Shown in pieces: positions 18,380 to 28,344 of a stretch of DNA of 64,000 nt. A program made the translations under genes and the position numbers. The stretch is from contig CAVZZO010000003.1 of the NCBI GenBank assembly GCA_963779755.1, positions 960,001 to 1,024,000 on the forward strand, written 5' to 3'. Position 1 is the first letter of the stretch, and the number at the start of each line of letters is the position of its first letter. The notes under the pieces were generated by a model. It worked only from the letters and a program-made list of their open reading frames with translations. It was not told where the DNA came from and made no database searches. Source of the stretch: an uncultured Gemmatimonadales bacterium (lineage in GTDB: Bacteria > Gemmatimonadota > Gemmatimonadetes > Gemmatimonadales > GWC2-71-9).

Positions 18380-19262
18380 AGTAGCGCACCGTGGGATAGG
18401 CGAAATCGATGGTGTCCACCTCACCAAACGCGGTGAGAATATCCTCCCAGACCGCCTGCAGCGTTTCCCGGCGGTGGTGGGGGTTGCACAGATAGCGCAC
18501 CGTCAGCAACACCCCGCTGTCGGCCACGCTGGTGAAGACCTCGGCGCCGAGCGAGGGATTCATGATCATGAACCGGCTGGCGGCGCGTTCGAACTGCAAC
18601 CCCGCCTCGCGGGCGGCGGACTCGCCGTGGCGGGCGGCGATTTCCCGCAGCAGCGTCTTGGCCCGGCGCCAGTCGCTCTCGAAGGTGACCAGCACCGGCA
18701 CTTCATCCCAGATGAAATGGAAGCCCTTGGTGTAGTTGGCCAGCACGTTGTTGAAGATCATGCCGTTGGGAATATGGATGATCCGTCCGGTGGCCTGATC
18801 GGCCTCTACCCAGTTGCCGATCTCCATGAGCGAGAACTGGAACAGCCGCAGGTCGATGACGTCGCCGGCATGGTCGCCCAGGGCAATCCGGTCGCCCACG
18901 CCGAAGGGCCGGCGCCAGAGGATGAACAGCCACCCCGCCATATCGGAGACCATGTCCTTGAGGGCGATGGCGAGGCCGGCGGAGACCAGGCCCAGGAAGG
19001 TGGCCAGCTGCTGCACCCCGGCGAACCAGACGCGGCCCACCAGCAGCACGCCGACCACGACGGTGGCGTAGGTGATGCCCTTGCGCCAGCGGTAGCGCAG
19101 CAGGATGTCGCTGGTACGGCGCCGCAGGGTATAGAGCGCCAACTGGCGCAGCAGGATGAGCACCAGCACGACCAGCAGGGTCTCCAGCAGCTTGGCCTGG
19201 AGATTCTCGCTCAGCCCCACGTTCTGGTCGAGCCACTGGCGCAGTTGATCGGAAGGGTTCAT
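18315..19262 (-). CDS. Small-conductance mechanosensitive channel (MscS family)
   Basis: GLAIALKD...RPFGVGDRI...IHIPN motifs. Confidence 0.92.
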   Translation of the reverse strand: MNPSDQLRQWLDQNVGLSENLQAKLLETLLVVLVLILLRQLALYTLRRRTSDILLRYRWRKGITYATVVVGVLLVGRVWFAGVQQLATFLGLVSAGLAIALKDMVSDMAGWLFILWRRPFGVGDRIALGDHAGDVIDLRLFQFSLMEIGNWVEADQATGRIIHIPNGMIFNNVLANYTKGFHFIWDEVPVLVTFESDWRRAKTLLREIAARHGESAAREAGLQFERAASRFMIMNPSLGAEVFTSVADSGVLLTVRYLCNPHHRRETLQAVWEDILTAFGEVDTIDFAYPTVRYYDNPLEGKPGARAERPVPRPS

Positions 19263-19392
19263 CGGTGGCCGCATGGAAGAGACTGGATCGTACGGCGGGG
19301 CCGGGCCGGGCGCAACCTGCCGCCGCCGCAGGGGCCGATTAGATTGGGATCAGCGACGTCTCTGCCCACCCCCGCGTCCCCTGGAGGGTATC

Positions 19393-19926
19393 ATGGCCGC
19401 GCATACGCCCATCAACATCACCGCCTGGGTCAACGAACATCGCGACCTGCTGAAGCCGCCGGTCGGCAACAAGATGATCTGGCAGGATTCGGAGTTCATG
19501 GTCATGGTGGTCGGCGGCCCCAACCAGCGGAAGGACTTCCACATCGAAGAGGGCGACGAGTTCTTCTACCAGATCGAAGGCGACATCACCCTGCGCATCA
19601 TCGAGGACGGCAAGCGGCGCGATATCCCCATTCGCCAGGGCGAGATGTTCCTGCTGCCGGCGGGCATCCCCCATTCGCCGCAGCGCCCGGCGGGCACCGT
19701 GGGCCTGGTGATCGAGCGCCAGCGCGCCGAGGGCGAGCTGGACCACCTGCGCTGGTACTGCGAAAAGTGCGGCGAGGTGCTGCACGACAACCAGTTCCAG
19801 CTGGAGGACCTGGGCAAGCAGCTCAAACCCATCATCCAGGATTTCTACGCCGACGCCTCGCTGCGAACCTGCGGCAAGTGCGGCACCGTAATGGAAGTTC
19901 CCCAGGCGGCCGCCGCCGGCAAGTAG
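19393..19926 (+). CDS. nbaC: 3-hydroxyanthranilate 3,4-dioxygenase
   Basis: LLKPPVGNK, VGGPNQRKDFH, PHSPQR and two CxxC rubredoxin-like motifs. Confidence 0.96.
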   Translation: MAAHTPINITAWVNEHRDLLKPPVGNKMIWQDSEFMVMVVGGPNQRKDFHIEEGDEFFYQIEGDITLRIIEDGKRRDIPIRQGEMFLLPAGIPHSPQRPAGTVGLVIERQRAEGELDHLRWYCEKCGEVLHDNQFQLEDLGKQLKPIIQDFYADASLRTCGKCGTVMEVPQAAAAGK

Positions 19927-19950
19927 CCCACCTCACGCCGCGCGGACCGC

Positions 19951-20970
19951 ATGGCCGACCTCACGATCGACCTGCACACCCATGTGCTGCCGCGGTCCTG
20001 GCCGGACCTCGACACGCGGTTCGGGTACGGCGGCTTCGTGTCGCTGCAGCACCACGAGCCCTGCCGCGCGCGGATGGTCATTCACGGGAAGTCGTTCCGC
20101 GAAATCGACGACGCCTGCTGGGACCCTGCGCGCCGCCTGGCCGACTGCGATCGGACCGGCGTGCGGGTCCAGGTGCTGTCCACCGTCCCCGTCATGTTCA
20201 GCTACTGGGCCCGCCCCGCGCACGCCGTTGAGCTGGCCCGCCTGCTCAACGACCACCTGGCCGAGACCATCGCGGCGCACCCGGCGCGATTTACCGGACT
20301 CGGCACCCTGCCGATGCAGGACCCGGCCCTGGCCGTTCGCGAGCTGGAGCGCTGCATTCAGGATCTGGGCCTGCCCGGCGTGCAGATCGGTACCCACATC
20401 AACGACTGGAACCTGGATGAGCCGGCGCTCTTCCCCGTGTTCCAGCGGGCGGAAGAGCTGGGCGCGGCCGTCTTCATTCATCCCTGGGACATGCTGGGCC
20501 AGGACCGGATGGACCGCTACTGGCTGCCCTGGCTGGTGGGGATGCCGGCGGAGTCCGCCATCGCCGCGGGCTCGCTCATCTTCGGGGGCGTGCTGGAGCG
20601 GCTGCCCCGGCTCCGGGTCTGCCTGGCCCATGGGGGCGGCGCCTTCCCTGCCCTGATCGGCCGGATGGCCCGCGGCTTCGAGGCCCGGCCCGATCTGGTC
20701 GCCTCGGCCAACCCGGTGGAGCCCCGCCGCTATCTCCAGCGGCTCTACCTCGACTCGCTGGTGCACGACCCCGATGTCCTGCGCCTGCTGCTCCGCCTGG
20801 TCGGCGCCGGCCGGATCGCCCTGGGATCGGACTATCCCTTCCCGCTGGGCGAAGCGGAGCCGGGCGCCCTCATCCGCTCACTGCCCGACCTGTCGGAGAC
20901 GGAGCGCTGCCGGATACTGGGCGGGACGGCGCTGGAATTTCTCGGCATTCCGAAGGAGCGGTTCCTGTGA
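19951..20970 (+). CDS. nbaD: 2-amino-3-carboxymuconate-6-semialdehyde decarboxylase (ACMSD)
   Basis: IDLHTH, VLSTVPVMFSYWA, FIHPWDM, WLPWLVGMPAE, LGSDYPFPLGE. Confidence 0.94.
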   Translation: MADLTIDLHTHVLPRSWPDLDTRFGYGGFVSLQHHEPCRARMVIHGKSFREIDDACWDPARRLADCDRTGVRVQVLSTVPVMFSYWARPAHAVELARLLNDHLAETIAAHPARFTGLGTLPMQDPALAVRELERCIQDLGLPGVQIGTHINDWNLDEPALFPVFQRAEELGAAVFIHPWDMLGQDRMDRYWLPWLVGMPAESAIAAGSLIFGGVLERLPRLRVCLAHGGGAFPALIGRMARGFEARPDLVASANPVEPRRYLQRLYLDSLVHDPDVLRLLLRLVGAGRIALGSDYPFPLGEAEPGALIRSLPDLSETERCRILGGTALEFLGIPKERFL

Positions 20971-21063
20971 GGGCAAATCACGTGGAGGTGAGGCGTAAGG
21001 CGTAAGGGGTCTCCCATGACGTCTCACGCCTTACGTCCTACCTCTCACCTGCATACGGAGCGC

Positions 21064-22339
21064 ATGACACCCCAGGCACTGGCCGACGCCCAGCGAATGG
21101 ACCGTGAGGATCCCCTCGCGCCCTTCCGCCGCCGCTTCGAGTTCCCCCGGCGCCCCGGCGGCGAGCCGCAACTGTACTTCTGCGGCAATTCCCTGGGCCT
21201 GATGCCGCGTGCGGCTCGCGAGCTGGTGGACCGCGAGCTGGAGGACTGGGGGCGCATGGCGGTAGCGGGGCACTTCCGGCGCCAGGCGCCCTGGTTCAGC
21301 TACCACGAAACGGTACGCGATGCGCTGGCCCGGATAGTGGGCGCGGGCGCTGATGAAGTGGTCGCCATGAACAGCCTGACGGTGAACCTGCACCTCATGC
21401 TGGCGACGTTTTATCAGCCCTCGGCCGCGCGCCGGAAGATCCTGGTGGATGGGCCGCTCTTTCCCTCCGATCTCTACGCCGTCCGTTCGCATCTCGCGCT
21501 GCGGACCGGAGACGACCCCGCCGGGCTGCTGCTCCAGGCGCGGCCCCGGAGCGGCGAGGATACGCTGCGGGAGGAAGACATCGAGGCGGAACTGGCGCGG
21601 AGCGGGCGGGAGATCGCGCTGGTCCTGCTGGCGGGAGTGAACTACCACACCGGCCAGGCGCTGGATCTGGGACGGCTGGTGACGGCGGCGCACCGGGCCG
21701 GCTGCCGCATCGGGTTCGATCTGGCGCATGCCGCCGGCAACATCCCCCTGGCCCTGCACGACTGGGACGCGGATTTCGCCGTCTGGTGCTCCTACAAGTA
21801 CCTCAATGCCGGCCCCGGCGCGGTGGCCGGCTGCTTCGTGCACCGGAAGCACGGCCGCAACCGGGATCTCCCCCGGCTGGCCGGCTGGTGGGGGCACGAT
21901 GCCGAAACCCGTTTCCAGATGGACCGCGCCCGTGAATTCGTCCCCCAGCAGGGCGCCGAGGGGTGGCAGCTCAGCAATCCGCCCATTCTGGCGCTGGCGC
22001 CGCTGCGGGCTTCGCTTGCCCTGTTCGACGAGGCCGGCATGGCGGCGCTCCGGCGCAAGTCCGAGGGCTCTGACCGGCTTCCTCGCGTCGCTGCTCGAGC
22101 CGCTGGCCGGCCGCGGCTGCGAGATCATCACGCCGGCCGATCCCGCCAGGCGCGGCTGCCAGCTCTCCCTGCGGCTGGGCGCGCGGGCGGAAGCGATCCA
22201 CGGAGAGCTGGAGGCGCAGGGCATTGTGGGCGACTTCCGGCCGCCCGACGTGCTCCGGGTGGCCCCGGTGCCGCTCTACAACTCCTTCGAAGATGTCTGG
22301 GGCCTGGTGCAGGGGCTGCGGCAGCAGATGGGCGCGTGA
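21064..22339 (+). CDS. kynU: Kynureninase, with +1 frameshift at about 22065-22067
   Basis: YFCGNSLGLMP, MNSLTVNLHL, FDLAHAAGN, WCSYKYLNAGPG; the C-terminus (RGCQLSL, DFRPPDVLRVAPVPLYNSFED) is in the other frame. Confidence 0.92.
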
Positions 22340-23652
22340 GCTCCGAACCGTTCACGGTTGTGGGCGCCGGGCTGGGCGGCGCGCTGATGGCCCTGCTGCT
22401 GGCGCAGGACGGCCACCGCGTCACCGTCTACGAGCGACGCCCGGACCCGCGGCGCGCCGGGGCCGACACCGGCCGGTCGATCAACCTGGCGATCTCGGCC
22501 CGGGGCCTCCATGCCATGGACCAGGCGGGCCTGACGGACCAGGTCCGCGCCATGGCCGTTCCCATGCGCGGGCGGATGATGCACGATGAGGCCGGCCGCC
22601 TGACCTTCCAGGCCTACGGGGCCCGGGGCCAGGCGATCAACTCCGTCAGCCGCGGCGATCTCAACCTGCTGCTGCTGGAGGCGGCCGAGCGGGCGGGCGC
22701 CAGGCTGGTGTTCGAGCATCGCTGTCTGGATCTGGATTTCGAGGCCGGCACGCTGGACCTGCTGGACAGCGCCGGCGGCCGGGAAGTCCGGGTGGAGGCC
22801 CCGGTGGTGATCGGCGCCGATGGAGCGTTCTCCGCGGTACGCGCGCGGATGCAGCGGCAGGACCGCTTCGACTACAGCCAGTCGTACCTGGAGCACGGTT
22901 ACAAGGAGCTGTCCATTCCGCCCGCTGGCGGCGGCGGCTTCCGGCTGGAGCCCCACGCGCTGCACATCTGGCCCCGGGGCGGATACATGATGATTGCCCT
23001 GCCCAACCGGGACGGCTCGTTCACCTGTACGCTGTTCTGGCCCTTCCGCGGCCGGAACAGCTTCGAGGCGATCCGGACGCCCGCCGACCTGGAGGCATTC
23101 TTCCGGCGTACCTATCCCGACGCCCTGCCGCTGATGCCGGCCCTGATGGAGGACTTCTTCGCCAACCCGACCGGCTCGCTGGTGACCGTCCGCTGCGCTC
23201 CCTGGCAGGTGGACGGCCGGGCCGTGCTGCTGGGCGACGCGGCGCATGCCGTGGTGCCCTTCTACGGCCAGGGGGCGAATGCCTCCTTCGAGGACTGCGT
23301 CATCCTGCGGGACTGCCTGCGGGCGCACCCCGACGACCGCGCCCGGGCCTTCGCCCGGTTCTCCCGGAGCCGCCGGCCCCACGCCGATGCCCTGGCGGAC
23401 CTGGCGATCGACAATTTCGTGGAAATGCGGGACCGGGTGGCCCACCCGGCCTTCCTGCTCAAGAAGAAGGGTGAGCACCTCCTGGCCCGGCTGTTTCCCC
23501 GCTGGTATCTCCCGCTCTATACCATGGTATCCTTCAGCCGGATACCCTATGCTGATGCGGTGGCACGCGCCAGGCGGCAGCAACGGTGGGTCGCCGCCGG
23601 GCTGGCCGTCCTGGCTGTGGCCGCCGCCCTCGCCCTGTGGTGGTGGAGCTGA
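22336..23652 (+). CDS. kmo: Kynurenine 3-monooxygenase
   Basis: GTG overlaps the kynU stop; GAGLGG, GRSINLAISARG, HALHIWPRG, GDAAHAVVPFYGQGAN. Confidence 0.94.
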   Translation: MSSEPFTVVGAGLGGALMALLLAQDGHRVTVYERRPDPRRAGADTGRSINLAISARGLHAMDQAGLTDQVRAMAVPMRGRMMHDEAGRLTFQAYGARGQAINSVSRGDLNLLLLEAAERAGARLVFEHRCLDLDFEAGTLDLLDSAGGREVRVEAPVVIGADGAFSAVRARMQRQDRFDYSQSYLEHGYKELSIPPAGGGGFRLEPHALHIWPRGGYMMIALPNRDGSFTCTLFWPFRGRNSFEAIRTPADLEAFFRRTYPDALPLMPALMEDFFANPTGSLVTVRCAPWQVDGRAVLLGDAAHAVVPFYGQGANASFEDCVILRDCLRAHPDDRARAFARFSRSRRPHADALADLAIDNFVEMRDRVAHPAFLLKKKGEHLLARLFPRWYLPLYTMVSFSRIPYADAVARARRQQRWVAAGLAVLAVAAALALWWWS

Positions 23653-23738
23653 GACGCAGGGCGTAACAGGCGGGGAGTGAAGGCAATCGAAGGCCTTGCT
23701 TCCCGATTTCCGATTCCCGATTCCCGATCCCCCGGCGT

Positions 23739-24521
23739 ATGGCGCTCACCTATCCGACGTATCTGAAGCTGCCGCAGCTCCTCGACCTGCAGGAGGCGCG
23801 CTCCGATCCCGAGGAGCACGACGAGCTGCTGTTCATCGTGATCCACCAGGTCTACGAGCTCTGGTTCAAGCTGATGCTGCACGAGCTGGAGAAGGTGAAA
23901 CGCGACTTCATCTCCAACGATCTCTACGGCGCCATCGCCACGCTGAAGCGGCTCCGCACCGTCATGAAGACGCTGGTCGGGCAGCTCGACATTCTGGAGA
24001 CCATGACACCGCTCTCATTCTCCTCCTTCCGGGACCGGCTGGACACCGCCTCCGGGTTCCAGTCCTATCAGTTCCGCCAGGTCGAGTTCGTGCTGGGCCA
24101 GAAGCGCGCCCGGCTGGTGAAGGCCCTTCCGGCGGAGGCGCCCGAGCGGCCGCTGCTGGAGCGGAGCCTGCGGGAGCCCTCCGTCGTGGACGCGCTCTAC
24201 CGTCTGCTGCGGCATCGCGGGCTCAAGGTGCCGGCCGAGCTGCTGGACCGCGACCCGACTGAACCGACGGCGGCCAGCGAAGCCCTGCAGGACGAGCTGC
24301 TCCGCGCCTACCGGGAGCAGCCCGACCTGGTCATCCTGCTCGAGCTGCTGACGGATCTGGATGAAGGCTTCATGGAATGGCGCTACCGGCACGTGAAGCT
24401 GGTGGAGCGCACCATCGGCGCCAAGCGGGGAACCGGCGGCAGCGCCGGGGTGGAGTTCCTGAAGCAGTCGCTCTTCCACCCCTTCTTCCCCGACCTCTGG
24501 GCCGTACGGCACCGGATGTGA
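23739..24521 (+). CDS. kynA: Tryptophan 2,3-dioxygenase
   Basis: HDELLFIVIHQVYELWFK, ASGFQSYQFR, RHVKLVERTIG, GTGGS. Confidence 0.96.
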   Translation: MALTYPTYLKLPQLLDLQEARSDPEEHDELLFIVIHQVYELWFKLMLHELEKVKRDFISNDLYGAIATLKRLRTVMKTLVGQLDILETMTPLSFSSFRDRLDTASGFQSYQFRQVEFVLGQKRARLVKALPAEAPERPLLERSLREPSVVDALYRLLRHRGLKVPAELLDRDPTEPTAASEALQDELLRAYREQPDLVILLELLTDLDEGFMEWRYRHVKLVERTIGAKRGTGGSAGVEFLKQSLFHPFFPDLWAVRHRM

Positions 24522-24706
24522 GACGTGAGGCGTGAAGACGGGAAACGGGAAACGGGAAACGGGAAGACGGGGAACGGGGAACGGGGAACGGGGAACGGGG
24601 AACGGGGAACGGGGAACGGGGAACGGGGAACGAACCGAGGACGTGCGCAATCTGCGGCTAACAGTCCAGAGGCCAACGACTAGCGACCAGCGAACAGCGA
24701 CTAGCT
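24519..24706. repeat. Drifting heptamer arrays: (GTGAGRC)n, (ACGGGAA)x4, (ACGGGGA)x~8, (AGCGACY)n
   Basis: Visible tandem heptamers fill most of the kynA-kynB spacer. Confidence 0.9.
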
Positions 24707-24717
24707 ACTGGCGACCC

Positions 24718-25347
24718 ATGCCTATCATCGACATCTCCCCCCTCATCACCCCCTCCCTCGCAGTCTGGCCGGGGGATACCCCGCCGTCGCGGGAGGTCCT
24801 GCTCGACCTGGCGGAAGGGGCGACTGTGACGCTCTCCACCCTGCGGGCGACGGCGCATCTGGGGTCGCATGCCGACGCACCGAATCACTACTCCCAGACC
24901 GGAGCGGATATCGCATCGGTGCCGCTGCAGCGATACCTCGGCCCCTGCCAGGTGATCCGGGTGGAGTCGGCGCGAGGCGCGGTCCTGAGGCCCGGGGACG
25001 TGGCGGTGGAGATCGGCCAGGAACGGGTACTCTTCGCCACCGGCACATTCCCCGATCCCCAGTCCTTCAATCCCGATTTTGCGGCGCTCAGCGCCGACCT
25101 GATCGAGTGGCTGGCCGCACGTGGGGTACGCCTGGTGGGCATCGACACGCCCAGCGTGGACCCCTGCGAATCGAAGGACCTGCCGGCCCATCACGCGTGC
25201 CTGCGGCATGGAGTGGCGATCCTGGAAGGATTGGTACTGCAGGAGGTGCCGGCAGGAGACTATGAGCTGATTGCCCTGCCGCTCCGCCTCGCGGGGTTCG
25301 ACGCCAGCCCGGTGCGGGCGGTGCTGCGCAGCGCGGACGGTCGCTGA
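24718..25347 (+). CDS. kynB: Kynurenine formamidase (cyclase family)
   Basis: VWPGDTP, HLGSHADAP, LVGIDTPSVDP, LIALPLRL...DASPVRAVL. Confidence 0.93.
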   Translation: MPIIDISPLITPSLAVWPGDTPPSREVLLDLAEGATVTLSTLRATAHLGSHADAPNHYSQTGADIASVPLQRYLGPCQVIRVESARGAVLRPGDVAVEIGQERVLFATGTFPDPQSFNPDFAALSADLIEWLAARGVRLVGIDTPSVDPCESKDLPAHHACLRHGVAILEGLVLQEVPAGDYELIALPLRLAGFDASPVRAVLRSADGR

Positions 25348-25386
25348 AGCACTCTCCGGTCCCCCACGGTCAGCCAGCGAGCGATC

Positions 25387-25926
25387 ATGCCTTTCGATGC
25401 CCAGCCATTCCTGCGGGGTTTGCTGCTCGAGCTCCGGCCCCTGCAAGCGGGGGATTTCGAGGCCTTGTATGCCGTGGCCTCGGACCCGCTCATCTGGGAA
25501 CAGCACCCGGACAACGACCGGTGGAAGCCGGAGGTCTTCCGGGCCTTCTTCGACCAGGCCATGGCCTCCGGCGGGGCGCTGCTGGCGCTGGACGCGGCGA
25601 CGGGGGAGGTCATCGGGTCCTCCCGCTTCCACGGCTACAATGAGGCGCGGCGGGAGGTGGAAATCGGGTGGACCTTCCTGGCGCGGCGTTGCTGGGGCGG
25701 CCGATATAATGGAGAGATGAAGGACCTGATGCTGCGGCATGCCTTCCGGATCGTCGACCGGGTGCTGTTCCTGGTCGGGCCCACGAACATCCGGTCGCAG
25801 CAGGCGGTGCTGAAGATCGGCGGGGTCCGCGCCGGCACGCGGAAGAACGGAGCCGGCCGCGAGAGTTACGTCTACCAGATCGCAGCCGATCGCTACCTCC
25901 AGGGACAACCGGGGAACCCGGCATGA
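25387..25926 (+). CDS. GNAT (RimJ/RimL-like) acetyltransferase
   Basis: VASDPLIWEQHP, EIGWTFLAR, NIRSQQAVLKIG. Confidence 0.88.
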   Translation: MPFDAQPFLRGLLLELRPLQAGDFEALYAVASDPLIWEQHPDNDRWKPEVFRAFFDQAMASGGALLALDAATGEVIGSSRFHGYNEARREVEIGWTFLARRCWGGRYNGEMKDLMLRHAFRIVDRVLFLVGPTNIRSQQAVLKIGGVRAGTRKNGAGRESYVYQIAADRYLQGQPGNPA

Positions 25927-26324
25927 ATACAGCCCCGCGCGTGGCCCTGACGGCGCTGGCCTCGGTCGCCACCTTCTACCTGGCCGAACTGATCCCGTTC
26001 GCCCTGATCCCGCTCCCGGGCCCCCTGGCCTGGCTCGCCTCCCTGCTTTGCGCCGTCCCGGTCGGCCGATATGTCTGGCGGCAGACGGAGGCTCCGTCGG
26101 CGGGGCTCGCCGGTTCGATGCTGCTAGGCGCGGCTGTGACCGGGGGTGTCGGGTTCGTGGCGGGGTTCTTCGGCTCGATGCTTCTGGCGCCGGGCGCGAA
26201 CCAGGGCCCGCTGCTGGGGATCTTCATTACCGGGCCGCTGGGCGTGGTCCTGGGCGCGCTGGGAGGCGGGATCTACTGGCGCGTGCGCGGGGAGCGCGGC
26301 CTCCGCCGGCGGGCACCGGGCTGA
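25923..26324 (+). CDS. Small membrane protein of unknown function
   Basis: Four hydrophobic segments; PGANQGPLLGIFITGPLG motif. Confidence 0.75.
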   Translation: MNTAPRVALTALASVATFYLAELIPFALIPLPGPLAWLASLLCAVPVGRYVWRQTEAPSAGLAGSMLLGAAVTGGVGFVAGFFGSMLLAPGANQGPLLGIFITGPLGVVLGALGGGIYWRVRGERGLRRRAPG

Positions 26325-26346
26325 GGAATAGGGAGGGCCGGCGCAA

Positions 26347-26793
26347 CTAGTCGCCCGTCCCGGTCCTCTTTCCTCCCCCCCACGCCACCACCTTCAGCTC
26401 GATGGCGATCGGTGTCGGCAGCCGGGTGACCTCGACCGTGGTTCGGGCCGGCGGATTCGACGGGAAATACTCCGCCCAGAGCCGGTTCCAGGTGGGAAAA
26501 TCGTCCCGCATGTTGGTGAGAAACGCCGTCACATCCACCACCTCATTCCAGTTCACCCCGGCGTCTTCCAGAATCGCCCGCACATTGGCGAACACCGCGC
26601 GGCACTGGACTTCGAAATCATAGGATGTCACCACGCCATCCGGGCCGACCGTCGTGCCCGGAACGGCACTGGCGCCCCGCTCCCGCGGGCCGATACCGGA
26701 GAGGAAGAGCAGATCCCCCGCTCGGCGCGCGTGAGGGAACGCGCCGACGGGCGCAGCGGCGCGATGGCTGTGGATCGAGTCAGAATCGGGCAT
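26347..26793 (-). CDS. RidA/YjgF family protein, probable 2-aminomuconate deaminase
   Basis: PVGAFPHARRAGDLLFLSGIGPR, PARTTVEV..LPTPIAIELK; pathway context. Confidence 0.88.
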   Translation of the reverse strand: MPDSDSIHSHRAAAPVGAFPHARRAGDLLFLSGIGPRERGASAVPGTTVGPDGVVTSYDFEVQCRAVFANVRAILEDAGVNWNEVVDVTAFLTNMRDDFPTWNRLWAEYFPSNPPARTTVEVTRLPTPIAIELKVVAWGGGKRTGTGD

Positions 26794-26800
26794 GGGGCAA

Positions 26801-26899
26801 GGAATCAGGAATCAGGAATCAGGAATCAGGGAACAGGGAACAGGGAACGGAGTGAAAGCAGCACACCCGCTCACCGCTCACCGCTTACCACTTACCACT
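26801..26899. repeat. Heptamer arrays (GGAATCA)x4, (GGGAACA)x3, (CCRCTYA)x5
   Basis: Tandem heptamers fill the ALDH-RidA spacer. Confidence 0.88.
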
Positions 26900-28344
26900 T
26901 ACATCTTCACACACACATTCTTCGCCTCGGTAAAGAAGCGCAACGCTTCCTCGCCACCCTCCCGGCCTACACCGCTCTGGCCCATGCCCCCGAAGGGGAC
27001 ACGCAGATCCCGGAAGAGCCAGCAGTTCACCCAGATGGTGCCGCAATTGACGGCCTCGGCCACGCGGTGCGCCCGGCGCAGGTCGTTGGTCCAGAGCGAT
27101 GCCGCCAGCCCGTAGGCGGTGCTGTTGGCCAGCGCGATCGCCTCGGCTTCGTCCTCGAACGGCAGGATGGTCACCACCGGACCGAAGATCTCTTCCTGGT
27201 TGACCCGGCAGGCCGCATCGAGTCCGGTAATGACCGTCGGCTCGACGAAGAACCCGTTCCGGCAGCGGTCCGGCAGTTCCGCCGGCGCGCCGCCGCCGGT
27301 CTCGATGCGGCCACCGAGCTCGCGCGCCAGGGCGATATAGCCCAGGACTTTGTCCCGGTGGGCGGCGGAAATGAGCGCGCCCTGGTCCGTGTCCGGATCC
27401 AGGGGATCGCCCTGGCGCAGGGCCTGGGCCTGCTCCACGAAACGCCGGACGAAGTCCTCATAGGCGCTCGCCTCGACCAGAATGCGGGAGCCGCAGAGGC
27501 AGATCTGGCCCTGATTCAGGAATGCCGAGCGTACCGTGGCCGCCACCGTCTCGTCGTTGGCGGCATCGGCGAAGACGATAGCCGGGTTCTTTCCGCCCAA
27601 CTCCAGGGTGAGCTTCTTGAACCGCGGCGCCGCGACGCGCGCGATCTCGGCGCCAGTCACGGTGCCGCCGGTAAAGGAGATAGTCCGGACCTGGTCGTGC
27701 GACACCAGTGCCGCGCCGGCCTTCGCCCCCAGCCCGTGGACGATATTGAGCACGCCCGAGGGCAGCCCGGCGTCGCCGCAGATCTCGGCCAGCAGCGCCG
27801 CGGTAAGGGGCGCCAATTCCGACGGCTTGGCCACCGCCGTGTTCCCGGTGGCGATAGCGGGGGCCACCTTCCAGCTGAAGAGGTAGAGCGGGAGGTTCCA
27901 GGGCGAGATGAGTCCCGCAATCCCCCGGGGGCGGCGCAGGGTGTAGTTCAGCGCCGAATAGTCGCTGCTGTGCGCCTGCGACTCGGTGTGCAGAATGGCG
28001 GTGGCGAAGAAGCGGAAGTTGCTCGCCGCGCGGGGAATATCCAGCGATCGGGCCAGGCTGACCGGCTTCCCCGCGTCGGTGGCCTCGGCGTGCGCCAGAT
28101 CGTCCAGCCGCCCGTCGATCAGGTCCGCGACGCGAAGCAGAATCCGGGAGCGCTCCGCCGCCGGGGTATGGCTCCATGAGTCGAACGCCTGCTGTGCGGC
28201 GGCCACCGCGCGCTCCACATCGGGAGCGCCGCTGTCGGGCACCTTGGCGAAGACGCGGCCCGTGGCCGGCTCGACGTCTTCCAGGTATTTCCCGCCTTCC
28301 GGCGGCACCGGTTCCCCGTTGATGTAGTTCGTGAGGACCCGCAT
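26899..28344 (-). CDS. 2-aminomuconate-6-semialdehyde dehydrogenase (ALDH8A1/AmnC-like)
   Basis: ISPWNLPLYL, SFTGG, LELGGKNP, NQGQICLCGSR, EEIFGPV; pathway context. Confidence 0.9.
   Translation of the reverse strand: MRVLTNYINGEPVPPEGGKYLEDVEPATGRVFAKVPDSGAPDVERAVAAAQQAFDSWSHTPAAERSRILLRVADLIDGRLDDLAHAEATDAGKPVSLARSLDIPRAASNFRFFATAILHTESQAHSSDYSALNYTLRRPRGIAGLISPWNLPLYLFSWKVAPAIATGNTAVAKPSELAPLTAALLAEICGDAGLPSGVLNIVHGLGAKAGAALVSHDQVRTISFTGGTVTGAEIARVAAPRFKKLTLELGGKNPAIVFADAANDETVAATVRSAFLNQGQICLCGSRILVEASAYEDFVRRFVEQAQALRQGDPLDPDTDQGALISAAHRDKVLGYIALARELGGRIETGGGAPAELPDRCRNGFFVEPTVITGLDAACRVNQEEIFGPVVTILPFEDEAEAIALANSTAYGLAASLWTNDLRRAHRVAEAVNCGTIWVNCWLFRDLRVPFGGMGQSGVGREGGEEALRFFTEAKNVCVKM

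Noticed and set aside
21016..23652. Genuine 878-aa KynU-Kmo fusion protein
   Set aside because: The true KynU C-terminus is intact in another frame, and kmo has its own GTG overlapping the kynU stop.
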